64,000 nucleotides of DNA from Squalus acanthias. Its lineage: Eukaryota. The position numbers were made by a program, and so were the translations under genes. The stretch covers positions 155,498,001 through 155,562,000 of the forward strand of contig CM059431.1 in assembly GCA_030390025.1 (NCBI GenBank). The letters are read 5' to 3'. A model generated the notes under the pieces. It had not been told where the DNA came from, made no database searches, and saw nothing but the letters and a program-made list of their open reading frames with translations. Positions 48,520 to 60,912 of this stretch are shown in pieces. Positions within the stretch are counted from its first letter, which is position 1; every line of letters begins with the position of its first letter.

Positions 48520-48676
48520 AGCTAAATACTGCGGATGCTGGAAAAATTCTGACGAGTGGTCTTCGAGCCGAAAAGTTCTGACAATGGGTCCTCGACGCGA
48601 ATGCATTACATCTGTTTATTTCTCCTCGATGCTGCCTAAACAGCTGAGTGTTTCCAACATTTTCTGTTTTTATTTC
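48520..48676 (+). mobile_element. Penelope terminal-repeat remnant with two tandem degenerate hammerhead-like cores
   Basis: 'ttctgacgagtggtcttcgagccgaaaag' directly followed by 'ttctgacaatgggtcctcgacgcgaatg' and the family tail 'cattttctgtttttatttc'. Confidence 0.65.
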
Positions 48677-49424
48677 TCACCCATTATCACTCGCACTGTC
48701 TCTTTTTGTCTTTCATGTCTTTATCACTCTCTCTCTCTCTCTCGCTCTGCCATGCAAAATAGAACAGCGTTTAGTAATACCAAGCTAACTTACCTCATGG
48801 GCCCCTTTGCACAAAGAAGTTCCCGCGCCAGGATGACTGCGTATTTGAGTTGTTGGACTTAAGATCCCGTCAGCACATGTTCAACCCCCACTCCTTTATT
48901 TAGTAATGAGTTTCATGTTTAAATTCGCATCTGCTGGTTGCAAATTTACTTACCCTGCCTTAAAGTAACGTGTGCTATAAAATCAATGCGGTTAAAGTAC
49001 TTACCGGGATACCACAATACATAGTTCAAGATTCATTAATGTCCTTAAGGGAAGGAAATCTGCCGTCCTTACCTGCTCTGGCCTATATGTGTTTCCAAAC
49101 ACAAAGCAATGTGATTGACACTTAACGGCCCTCTAAAATGACCTAACAAGTCCCTCAATTGTAATAAACAACTACATAATCAATAAGAAGAATATAATCA
49201 GACGGATCACCCTTCATTTGCCAAGGCACCGGATTCGCACACGAAAAAGGCTAACTTAGCCTAGACGACCCAGCATGTTCCTCCTCACTAACATCTGGGG
49301 AGTTGTGACAACATTCGGAAAGATGTCCCACAGACTGTTCAAGTAACAGCCTGACATATTCATGCTCAAAAAATCATACCTTTCATCCAACGTTCCAGAG
49401 TGCTCCATCAACGCTTCCACATCA

Positions 49425-52400
49425 TTACTTCTGTCCCCCAACGATCTATCCTTGGCCCCTTCCTATTTCTCATCTACTTGCTGCCCCTTGAGGACTTTAT
49501 CCGAAATCATAGTGTCAGTTTCCACATGTAGACTAGCGACACCCAGCTCAAACTTATCAACACTTCTCTAGACCCCTCCACGGTCTCTAAATTGTCAGAC
49601 TGCTTATCCGACATCCAGTTCTGAATGAGCAGATTTTTTATCCAATTAAATATTAGGAAACATAGAAACATAGAAACATAGAAAATAGGTACAGGAGTAG
49701 ACCATTCGGTCCTTCGAGCCTGCACCGTCATTCAATGCGTTCATGGCTGAACATGCTTCCTCAGTACCCCATTCCTGCTTTCTCGCCATACCCCTTGATC
49801 CCCCTAGTTGTGAGTGTTATATCTAACTCCATTTTGAATATATTTAGCGAACTGGCCTAAACAACCTTCTGTGGAAGAGAATTCCATAGATTCACCACTC
49901 TCTGGGTGAAGAAGTTCCTCCTCTGCTCAGTCTTAAATGGCTTCCCCTTAATCCTTAGACTGTGACCCCTGGTTCTAGTTTTCCCTAACATTGGGAAAAT
50001 TCTGCCCGCATCTAATTTGTCTAAACCAGTCAGAATTTTAAATGTCTCTATAAGATCCCCCCTCATTCTTCTGAACTCCAGAGGATACCAGTTCAGTTGA
50101 CCCAATCTTTCTTGATATGTCAGTCCGGCCATCCCAGGAATCAATCTAGTGAACCTTCGCTGCACTCCCTCAATAGCAAGAATGTCCTTCCTTAAGTTAG
50201 GAGAACAAAACGACGCACAATACTCCAGGTGTGGCCTCACCAAGGCTCTGTACAACTGCAGCATCACCTCCCTACTCCTGTACTCAAATCCCCTTACTAT
50301 GAAGGCCATCATTCCGTTTGCTTTCTTGACTGCCTGCTGCACTTGCATTCCCACCTTCAGTGACTGATGTACCATGACGCCCAGGTCTCGTTGCACCTCC
50401 CCTTTCCCTAATCTGCCACCATTCAGGTAATAGTCCGCCTCTCTATTTTTACCACCAAAGTGGATAACCTCACATTTATCCACATCGTACTTCATCTGCC
50501 ATACATTTGCCCATTCACCCAACCTGTTCAAGTCACTCTGTAGCTTCCTAACATCCTCCTCAGTGTTCACACTGCCTCCCAATTTAGTGTCATCCGCAAA
50601 TTTGGAGATATTACATTTAATCTCTTCGTCCAAATCATTAATATATAATGTAAACAGCTGGGGTCCCAGCACCGAACCCTGCGGTACCCCGCTGGTCACT
50701 GCCTGACATTCTGAAAAGTACCCATTTACTCCTACTCTTTGTTTCCTGTGTGCCAACCAGTTCTCAATCCACGTCAACACATTACCCCCAATCCCATGTG
50801 CTTTAACTTTGCTCACCAATCTCTTGTGTGGGACATTGTCGAAGGCCTTCTGAAAGTCCAAATACACCACATATACTGGTTCCCCCCTGTCCACCCTATT
50901 GGAAACATCCTCAAAAAATTCCAGAAGATTTGTCAAGCATGATTTCCCTTTCACAAATCCATGCTGACTTGGACCTATCATGTCGCCACTTTCCAAATGG
51001 TCTGTTATGACATCTTTAATAATTGCTTCCATCATTTTACCCACGACCGATGTCAGGCTGACCGGTCTATAATTCCCTGCTTTCTCCCTCCCTCCTTTTT
51101 TAAAAAGAGGGGTTACATTGGCCACCCTCCACTCCATTGGAACTGATCCAGAGTCTAAGGAATGTTGGAAAATGATCGTCAATGCATCCACTATTTCCAA
51201 GGCCACCTCCTTAAGTACTCTGGGATGCAGACCATCAGGCCCCGGTGATTTTTCAGCCTTCAGTCCCATCAATTTCCCCAATACCTTTTCCCGACTAATA
51301 AGGATTTCCCTCAGCTCCTCCCTCTTACCAGATCCTCTGACCACTTTTATTTCCGGCAGGTTGTGTGTGTCCTCCACAGTAAACACCGAACCAAAGTACT
51401 TGTTCAATTGATCTGCCATTTCGTTGTTCCCCATTACCACTTCCCCTGTTTCCGACTGCAGGGGACCTACGTTTGTTTTTACTAACCTCTTTCTTTTTGC
51501 ATATTTATAGAAGCTTTTGCAGTCCATTTTAATGTTCTCTGCAAGCTTCCTTTCATATTTTATTTTCCCTGCCCTAATCAAACCCTTCGTCCTCCTCTGC
51601 TGAGTTTTGAAGTTCTCCCAGTCCCCGGGTTTGCTGCTACTTCTGGCCAATTTGTATGCAACTTCCTTGGATTTAATACTATCCCTGATTTCCCTTGTTA
51701 GCCATGGTTGAGCCACATTCCCTTTTTTATTTTTACGCCAGACCGGGATGTACAATTGTTGTAGTTCATCCATACGATCTCTAAATGTCTGCCATTGCCC
51801 TTCCACTGACAGCCCCTTAAATATCGCTTGCCAATTTAACCTCGCCAATTCACGCCTCATACCTTCAAAGTTGCCCTTATTTAAGTTCTGGACCATGGCA
51901 AATATTACCCCGAGGACATCGGTTCCAGTCCTGCCCAAGTGCAGACCGTCCCTTTTGTACTGGTCCCACTTCCCCCAGAAATGGTTCCAATGCTTCAGGA
52001 ATTTGAATCCCTCCCTCCTGCACCACTGCTCAAGCCACGTATTCAATCTCACTATCCTATTCTCTCTATTCTGATTAGGACGTGGTCCTGGTAGCAATCC
52101 AGAGATTACTACCTTTGAGGTCCTACTTTTTAATTTATCTCCTAGCTCCCTAAATTCTGCTTGTAGGACCACTTCTCGCTTTTTAACTATATCGTTGGTA
52201 CCTACATGCACCACGACAGCTGGCTGTTCACACTCCCTCTTCAGAATGTTCTGCAGCCGCTCCGAGACATCCTTGACCCTTGCACCAGGGAGGCAACATA
52301 CCATCCTGGAATCTCGGTTGCGGCCACAGAAACTCCTGTCTATTCCCTTTACAATTGAGTCCCCTATCACTATAGCCCTACCACTCTTTTTTCCCGCCCT

Positions 52401-52775
52401 GCTGTGCAGCAGAGCCAGCCATCGTGCCATGAACCTGGCTGCTGGTGCCTTCCCCTGGTAGGCCATCTCCCCTAACAGTATCCAAAGCGACATACCTGTT
52501 TTGGAGGGAGATGACCACAGGGGACTCCTGCACTACCTTCCTGATATTGCCCTGCTTCTTGGTCAACCATTCACTGTCTGACCAAAGCCGTTCTTTTCAG
52601 TCCCCAACACAAACTCCGTTCCCCAGCCATTTACTTCAGCCCGCTCTCTGACATCTATCTGAGGCTGAACCACACTGTTTGCATACTCGGTGTCATATTT
52701 GCCCCTGAAATGAGCTTCCAACCACATATCCACAGCATAACTAAGAAGCCTTTTTCCACCTCTGCAACATTGCCA
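49425..52775 (+). mobile_element. L2 LINE RT fragment split by a CR1 (halves ~49425-49657 and ~52580-52775)
   Basis: PQRSILGPFLFLIYLLPL...QLNIR|(K)TKAVLF reads through across the insertion. Confidence 0.75.
49658..52579 (-). mobile_element. 5'-truncated, internally deleted CR1 (third family): ORF1 esterase fused in frame to an endonuclease-less ORF2 (878-aa ORF 49857-52493)
   Basis: GDS/GTND/DGLH followed directly by MVQNLNKGNF and the RT with FADD. Tail (aacataga)n at ~49659. Confidence 0.93.
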
Positions 52776-53039
52776 CTGAAGTGATGGTATCTAACTTATC
52801 GAAAAACAACACCATGAGCTCCTCACACTTGTTGTTGTATGTGAAAATGGAGGAGAGAGGAGAGTGTGATTTATGAAGACGGTTAGCAGTAGAGAGTAGA
52901 AGCCAGGGTTTATCTTTGCATTCCAGATTGATTCGGGAACAGTGAGCAGTTTTGGCAGACGTGAGCAGGACCCCATAATGCCTTATGCAGTCCAGACAGA
53001 TCTTGCTCAGCTGATGAAACAGTACTCTTCCACGTTAAA

Positions 53040-55545
53040 TACCACTTGGGAGAAGCTCTGATGTTAGCAAGGGCACTGAACGTAGTCTGGCTTGAGGACT
53101 CCAATGTCCTTCACCAAAAGTGGCTCGGCAGCATCACTACTGACAGTGCTTTCTGTGTCCTGAAGGATATAGCTGCCAGATTTAGCCTGCTGCTAATGGT
53201 GAGAGAATCAACAGGAGGGAACAACCTAAATGAACCCGTCCTCATCAATATAACTGTCGCAGATGCATCTTTCAATTACAGTATATGTAAGAGTTACTAC
53301 CGCACAATCTATGTGGAGACAAAGTCTCGTCTTCACACTGAGGACACGCTGCATCGTGTTGTGTACCTCTACTATCCTGCTAAATGGGATAGATACAGAA
53401 CAGATCTAGCAGCTCACAACTGGGTATGCATGAGGCGTTGTGGGCCATCAACAGCATCATAATTGTATATCACCACAATATGCAAACTCATGGCCCGGCA
53501 TATCCATCACAGTACCCTGACTAACAATTCAGGGGACCAATCCCGGTTCAATGAGGAGTGCAGACGAGCATGCCAGGAGTTCCTAAAATGAGTTGCCAAA
53601 CTGGTGAAGCTACAAAACTACATGGGCCTTGAATTTGCTGTTGGATGCATACCTCCAGGGTATGCCTCCGAACCTTGAAATATTTCTGTACTTACCTCCT
53701 CGCTCCACAGCTGTAGAGAGCTCCCATTTCGGGGCTGCAGACGTTTGCCTGCATGAAGGCCCTAGGATCCCAGAGGCAAACGCGGTTATCAAGCCACCCT
53801 TGGATCACGTGGGCCTGGCCAACCAGTCAGAAAGGTGGATTCCTATGATGTTTCGGGTAAGTCCATTTACGGGTGTGTAGCTCTGCTACGGAATCCCCAT
53901 ATGCATATTGGAACTACCCAAATAAATAAAAAAAATCACACCACATAAACAAAAAATATTTGTTCCCATGTTCAAAATTGATGACAAGACCATTTAATTG
54001 TGCATTTAAATTAAAAAAATAACTTTTTGAAAAATATATTTAAACATTTTTATCGGGTCAAAATTTACCTAAATAAATTTTAAATGAATGCGTATGTTTT
54101 AAGCATTTAAACAAATTAATTTAAACATTTATTTTAAACATTATGCTGGTAAAAGAAGGCCTGATGCCTACCAGGCGTAAGGGTTTCGTGCAGTGAATGT
54201 GAAAGGACTATCAATGCGAAATTTGATAGATATTGTCCCGTAATTTCCGATAGGAGGCTTCCTGTGTGCGCATGCCTCCTATCGGAAAAAGACTTGCGCT
54301 CTTACCTGAGGGCTCTCGAGGTTCGGACACTTCTGATGCTGGGCCGCTCCACAGTCGAAATGCGCAGGGCCTACGGATCCCAGGGGCGCTGGGATCACGT
54401 GTGCCAGGCGAGCCAATGAAGGATGGGAATCCCCATTCATATATTTGACGGATAGACCTTTCACAAGTACGAATGAAGATCATCCCCAAAAGACAGTAAA
54501 ACATTAAATAATTCAAAAAAAAACTTCACTTTTAAAAAAGTTCAAATTACATTAATTAAATATTTTAAACAAAAATGTGATTTTCGCTAAAAATAATTAA
54601 AGCTTTTGACGGGGCTAAAAATAAGCTTACATATTTAAAAAGTATTTTAAAATTATAAATGTGTGATTTTTTTTTTATTTTTTAAACTCTTATGCTGGTA
54701 AAAGCAGGCCGGTTTTTAACAGGTGTAAGATGTCTAAGGCTTTTCAGCGGGTGGAAGATGTGAAGAAAGCAGAAATCTCTGCCCACTGAGTCCCTGCTCC
54801 AGGGCAGGCTTCCGATCTGTCAAGAGCATTCTTGATAGTTAGGAAATGCCGGTGTTCAGCGCACGCGCTTCGCATGCCTGAAACCGCCATTTACGATGTC
54901 CCTACGGGTGTGTGTACAGCTCGTACACACCAGTAGTCATCGGAAAATACGGGCAAATATGTTCCATGTTTTCGCGCATGTGCAGCACATGCAGAAAATC
55001 TGAAACTTGCTGGTCCTTTCAGAAGACTTCCGACTGCTCACGCTGAGTGTACCCTACCGAAACCACCGTAATTTCAGGCCCGTCTTGCTAAACAGCGGAA
55101 GCAGCAGTCCATATACACAACTAAGCCATCGCACAAACAATGGTTGGGATAAAAGCTCTGCCATCCTGCCACATCCAGTCGTGAATGGCGGTGGACAATT
55201 GCGGAACTAACAGCAGGAGAAGGCGGAGCCCAGTACGTGAGTGCAAAAAGTCAAGACCGATTTCCGAGCATCAACATCCTGGTGTTTACCATCGACCAGA
55301 AACTTAACTGGAACAACCACAAAAATACTGTGGCTACAAGAGCAGGTCTGAGGTTGGGTAATCTGCGGTACTGGCTCACATTCTGATTCCCCAAATACTT
55401 TACATTATCTACAAGGCACACGTCGGGAGTGTGATGGAATAATCCCAAATTGCTTGGATGAATGTAGCTCCAACAACACTCGAGAAGGTCGACACCATCC
55501 AGGACAATGCAGCACGCTTGATTGGCACCTTCTTCATCCACCTTA
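53040..55545 (+). mobile_element. Old L2/Crack-like LINE fragments interrupted by nested MITE-like elements (53623-55081)
   Basis: HQKWLGS, WFNEECRRA and LEKVDTIQDNAARLIG remnants. Insert is bounded by 'gggccttgaattt' / 'aatttcaggccc' and holds an inner copy (~54225-54957) of the hairpin family. Confidence 0.7.
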
Positions 55546-55790
55546 ACCAGACAGCTCCGCTAAGAGACAGACCCCAGTTTTATCCAGTGACCCCAGGGCA
55601 GTCGATCGGCTCGTTATCAGAACTGAACAGACCTTCCTCACTTTTCCTTGCACAAGACAGCGAACAATATCAGAAACTTCACACTTACATCAGCATCTAA
55701 ACAATGATACTCAGATGCAGCTTTTTTGTGCTGATCATTGAAATCAACTTCTTTTCAAATTCATCCAAACCATCAAATATCGGAAACACA
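55545..55790 (-). pseudogene. NLR pseudogene fragment: Walker B to sensor 1, inverted
   Basis: Minus strand with 2 frameshifts: VFPIFDGLDEFEK / VDFNDQHKKAASEYHCLDAD / CEVSDIVRCLVQGKVRKVCSVLITSRSTALGSLDKTGVCLLAELSG. Aligns to the NACHT exon at ~20.2-20.46 kb. Confidence 0.88.
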
Positions 55791-55848
55791 CTTCTGTTTT
55801 TGTTTTAGCCTGGTTCATGGAGATAGCCTAAAGGAAATCGAGAGATCT

Positions 55849-56031
55849 GCCGAGAAATCCGTTGCGGCCGTTGACGCAAAGCTAGCGGTATCGGATCGGC
55901 TGACTGTTATACGCAGCGCCTGATATTCAGTTCTATTGCAGTCAATGGAGCTGAAATCAGACACTGCGTATAACAGGCGGCCGACCCGATACCGCCCGTT
56001 TATCGCCACCGCCCGAGACAAATTTCTCGGC
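55849..56031. mobile_element. Small MITE with 10-bp TIRs and a long internal palindrome
   Basis: gccgagaaat / atttctcggc termini; gcggtatcgg...ccgataccgc imperfect hairpin. Confidence 0.75.
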
Positions 56032-56044
56032 CAATTAATTTTCA

Positions 56045-57161
56045 TGGTCAGCAGTTCAACCATGTCTTCCTTTTCAAACTTCAAGAATTGAATAAAACGG
56101 GAAAGATCGCATGTCTGAACCAAGTGATTCTTGATTCATGCACATTTGTTCTCAGAATTATCTTCGGAGAGTCTTGAAAGAAGAGAATAATTTAGAAATT
56201 GAACAATTATTTACCTGGGTGCACTTAATTGTCTTGTGAACTTGGTGTTCTTTGAGGAGGAAAGACGATAATATTTGAAGAAATATTTTGGAGAGGAAAA
56301 ATGTGCAGCTGAACTCTTTGCTTACGTTGTGGACATTGCTATCCTATACATCCTGTACATTAATCTTCGCTGCTGTCGCATTCTTTGTTCTACTCTAGGG
56401 CCTCTCTTGAAACAGCGCAAGTGAGTCGATGAATCTATCTCTGATCTATGTTTAAAGGACATCGCTGGTCTTTTAAACAATGAGGGCGTGATGTTCAAAA
56501 CCAACGCGAACTTTTAGAAAAATTAGTGCGATTGTTAATAGAGGTTTGTGGTATTTTATTGAGATCATTTTAGTAGCCACGGTATCAAAACTTTGCAGAT
56601 CACCAATGGTTTTATGATGGAAATTCTGGTGAAAGATACCACTACCAAGACTGTTGTCCACACATTCTCTCACCTCTCCACCAAATAGTTTCTCGCAGCT
56701 CTCTAAATTCTTCTGAACCCACTCCACAAGTTATGAAACACATTCTGAATAACGCTTATAGTAACAGTGATGGTCGCTTGGAGATATTTCTTAATTGGTC
56801 TCTCCTCGACTTCTCCAGGATGACTTGGGTTCATTTCTTCATAGTTCAGCAAAGTAGATCAAAGCTATGCTGAATGCGCCGCTGGTACAAACTTTTAAAA
56901 AACGTGCACAATCCCGAGAACAAAAGAACCCTCCTGGACACATTCTATCTCCTGTATGAATTTCAGGACAAGAACCTAATGTGAGATCAATGAAGACAAT
57001 GGAATTATTTGGTGTTGCATTGTAATTGATAGACTGCAGAGTACTACCGACATTCTTAGAGCCCTGTGAGATGATCGAGGAAGTGAACCTTGTTTACTTT
57101 GCCCTTGAAACTGAACACATCCAGAGGCTTCTACTAGTGTTAAACAAATAAAAAAAACCCG
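56045..57161 (+). pseudogene. NLR pseudogene: remainder of the NACHT exon with stops and frameshifts
   Basis: QFNHVFLFKLQELN...CLNQVILDS; KYFGEEKCAAELFAYV...CRILCSTLGPLL; HTFSHLSTK*FLAAL; DGRLEIFL; KRTLLDTFYLLYEFQD; CEMIEEVNL...HIQRL; relic donor gtattt. Confidence 0.88.
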
Positions 57162-57583
57162 GTATTTTTATCAATTCTGAAAAAATCTATTATTGTTTGC
57201 TGAATTATAGCCTTCCAAACGTGAGGGATTAATATTGGACATGAGCGGGAGCACAGAACAGCTGGAATCGCATCGGTCGCACGTTATACTTTGGCCTCAA
57301 TAGAACAGTATATGCGGCGTGTCGTAAAGCAGGCGAAAAATGCGATTCCACCTGTTTTGCGTCATCGCCCATTTCCAATTTGTCCATGATTTCTAGCTTT
57401 CCTTTAGGATATCTGCTTGAAGCAATATAAAACATAAAATGGGTTGTGATCATGGAAATGACTTGGGAAGAAAACAATGTTGAAATCTGTACATTACACG
57501 TCGTATAAAGTTGTGCTAGAATTCAACCAGTTTGGACAAAATGTAGACAGCGCTTAAAAGCTATCCCGAAAACTGCTGCAACA

Positions 57584-58328
57584 TTGGCGCAGAAATTCCA
57601 ATCACTACGGGTGGGTACGCTCTGTGTACTCACCCGTAGCGACATCGGAAATGCCGGTTTCAGGCATGCACTGCGCATGCGCTGTAAACCGGCATTTCCG
57701 ATCTGTCAAGAAAGCTCTTGACAGATCCTCCGGCTGCCCTGGAGAAGGGCCTTTGCGTGATGAGATTTCCGTTTTTTAGAGACCCTCCGCCCGCAGAAAA
57801 TACTTACAATTCTTGCGCCTGGTAAAAGAATTCCCAGTATAAGAGTGGAAAAAAGTGAGAAAAAAAATTCTCCACTGACTTATCATTTAAAAATACTCCA
57901 AAAAGGTAAGTTTATGTTGTAGCACCGTTAAAAACTTTAATTATTTTTTTCAAAAATGTAATTTTTTGTTTAAAATAGGTAATTTATGTACTTTCAAGTC
58001 ATTTTAAAAATGTGATTTTTAAAAACAATGTATTTAATGTTTTACTATGTTTTGGGGTTGATCTCTATTCATATATTTGACAGGTCGTCCCGTCAAATGT
58101 ATGAAGGGAGATTGACTTCTCTGATTGGCTGCCCATGGCCCACGTGATCCCAGGGACCCTGCGATCCGCCTGCACCCCTGGGATACGAGGGCCCTGCGCA
58201 CCGGCAGTTTAGAGAGGCGCAGCCGCGGAACTCTGCGCCTCCCGGGAGTCCGCCGGTCTTGGCGCAGATTTTTCGAGATCGCAGCACTCTGTCCGCGGGA
58301 GGCCTGCAATCGGAATTTCTAGGCCAAT
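57584..58328. mobile_element. Complete MITE-like element with imperfect TIRs and three subterminal hairpins
   Basis: attggcgcagaaattcc versus ggaatttctaggccaat (15/17 match). Hairpins at 57605-57639, 57644-57702 and 57700-57727. A further end fragment lies at ~58420-58512. Confidence 0.75.
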
Positions 58329-58592
58329 GCCTTCCAACGAATAACCACAGACATGAGATTTTTCAGAAAATTATTATTTTTCCTTAGACTGCATTTCGTG
58401 AATTCCTGCATTTAGGTGTCATTGCCCCGTATTTTCCGATACCTACGGGTGTGTACGAACTGTGTACACACCCGTAGGGAAATCGGAAATGCCGGTTTCA
58501 GGCATGCGAAAAGCCTCTGTATGTTTTTCTAGCCGCATTCTCAACCGGCTCTGCCATTTTCAACAACTTGTGTACACATACCCCTATATCTC

Positions 58593-58803
58593 GGAAATAG
58601 TCAGCAGGTCAGGCAGCATCTGTGGACAGAGAAACAGAGTTAACGTTTCAGATCGATGACCCTTCGTCAGAACTGGCGAAGGGTCATCGACCTGAAACGT
58701 TAACTCTGTTTGTCTCTCCACAGATGCTGCCTGACCTGCTGAGTATTTCCAGCATTTTCTGTTTTTATTTCAGATTTCCAGCATCTGCAGTTTTTTGCTT
58801 TTG
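58593..58803. mobile_element. Solo palindromic Penelope terminal-repeat element
   Basis: ~78-bp inverted arms spanning 58593-58750, plus the family tail. Homologous to 30228-30320. Confidence 0.85.
58638..58674 (-). ncRNA. Minimal type I hammerhead ribozyme-like motif (Penelope-associated)
   Basis: Minus strand: AGUU-CUGACGA-AGGGUC AUC GAUCU-GAAA-C-GUU-AACU. Core intact, stem I AGUU/AACU, self-complementary AACGUU in place of stem III. Confidence 0.65.
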
Positions 58804-60690
58804 TACCCTTAGATCTCTCTGTTCATGCACCACTTTAGAATTGTAATCTTTAGTTTATATTGCCGCTCCTCGTTCTTCCGACCAAAATGTATCACATCAC
58901 ACTTTACTGCGTAAAATTTCATCTGCCACGTGTCCGCCCATTTCACCAGCTTGCTTATGTGTTCTTAAAGTCTATGATTATCCTCCTCACTGTTTACTAT
59001 ACTTCCAAGCTTTGTGTCATCTGCAGATTTCGAAATTGAGCCCTGTACACCCATTTCCAATTCATTAATATATATCCAGAAAATTGTGGTCCTCGCATCG
59101 ACCCCTGGAGAACAGCACAGTATACCTCCCTCTTATCCCAAAAACAACCGTTCACCACTACTCTCGTTTCTTGTCACTTTGTCAATGTCGTATCCAAGCT
59201 GCCACTGTCCCTTTTATTACATGGACTTCAGCTTTGCTGGCAAGCCTATTATCTGTCACTTTATCAAACGCTGTTTGGAAGTCCATGTGCACAACATGAG
59301 CCGCATCAATCATCTCTGTTACCTCATCAACATACTCGATCAAGTTATTAAACACGATTTGCCTTTAACAGATCCGTGCTGGATTTCTTTAATTAATCCA
59401 CATTTGTACAAGTGACTGTAAATTTTTTCACTGAATATCGTTTCAAAAATGCTTCCCCACTACCGAGGTTAACCTGACTGGCATGTAGTTGCTGGGTTTA
59501 GTTCACACCATTTTTTGAACAAGGGTGTAACATTTGCAATACTGCAGTTCTCTGGCACCACCGCTGTATCTAAGGGGGATTGGAAGTTTATGGCCTCCGT
59601 TCTTTGAGTTAATCAACGAACTTCGTCAAGTAAGGCAAACACGATTTACCTTTAACAAATCTGCACTGACTTTCATTTATTAACCCATACTTTTTCCAAG
59701 TGCCAATTAATTTTGTCCGGATGTCTAAACATTTCCTCACCCCCGAAATTAGACTGATTGGCCTATAATTGCCAGATTTATCTTCCACCCTTTTTTGAAC
59801 GGATCGTCTAATATTTTTCACCCTGCAGTTAACTGGCGCCTCTCCCAAATCAGAGGAGGATTGGAACATTATGTCAATAGACTCGGCAACTTCCACCCTT
59901 ATTCCCAACAGCAACCATCCCGACCGGGCGACTTTTCAAGTTTCATTACTGAACACCTTTTTAGAACATGCACTCTAACCCTATCTTAGTCTGCTTCGTT
60001 TTGTCCCCCTGTCTGATAGCTCTTATTTCTGAAATATTATGTTTAGTATTGCTGTTTGTCACTCCCAGTTCTCTGTGATTTTTACTCTCCTATCTAATGT
60101 TTCATTCTTGCCCCATCTATCTGTCAAATTAATGTATACCCTCCCCTACAAAACTAGTTAACCGACCTGAGAAGATATTGCTCCCTGCCTGTTACAGTGC
60201 TACACTCCCATACTTTACAGAGTTATTCTGCAGCATGCCTGTTCCAATGCCCGTGGAATCTGAAGCCCTCCCTCCGACACCATTTCTCCAGTCGGGCGTT
60301 AACCGTTAATATTTTACTGCTCATATACTCACTAGCACGCAGCACTGCGTGTAATCCTGAGATTACTCATTTTGAAATCCTGCTCTTTAACCTTATTCCT
60401 ACCTGCTAAAAATCTGTCTGTACGTTAACAACCCTTTTCCTACCTACGTTATTGGATGCAACATTGACCACGACTTCTGGCTGTTCCGGTCCCGTCGCAA
60501 CGTATTCTGCGCCTGTTCAGTGATGTCCTTTACCCTGGCACCAGGGAGGAAGCATACCATGCTTGAATCACGTCGGCGTTTGCAGAAACGGTTGTCTATA
60601 TCCATGATCATGGAATCGCCTATGCCCAATGCATTTCTGCACTTTTCTGTGCCCCCTGTGCAGTAATTTGCCCCACTGTGCCGTGGATGT
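58804..60690 (-). mobile_element. Old decayed CR1 fragments (RT pieces and ORF1 esterase)
   Basis: GNYRPISL, FVKGKSCL and IGDSM...PGARVKD remnants. Confidence 0.8.
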
Positions 60691-60869
60691 GCTCTAGAGT
60701 ACATGACAACAGTAACTACATTTCAAAAAATAAGTACATGAATGTATAGCACTTTGGGACGTCCTGAGTTCGTGAAACCGCAATATAAATGCAATGTCTT
60801 ATTTTTTAAGACTGCAGTTTCCCGTGCTGTTGTCCGCACTGAAAATAAGTTTGAGACTGACACATTACC

Positions 60870-60912
60870 GGGGGTTTCCTGCTTTTCCTGCCGTTCCTAC
60901 CCAGCAGATGGC
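60870..60912 (+). promoter_or_regulatory. Candidate NF-kB site (GGGGGTTTCC) next to a CTCF core (CCAGCAGATGGC)
   Basis: Consensus matches only, in an apparently non-repetitive island. Confidence 0.3.

Noticed and set aside
52775..52990. Possible FISNA-region remnant of the NLR pseudogene (TEVMVS…HHELL)
   Set aside because: Similarity is too weak by eye and there is no recognisable Walker A.
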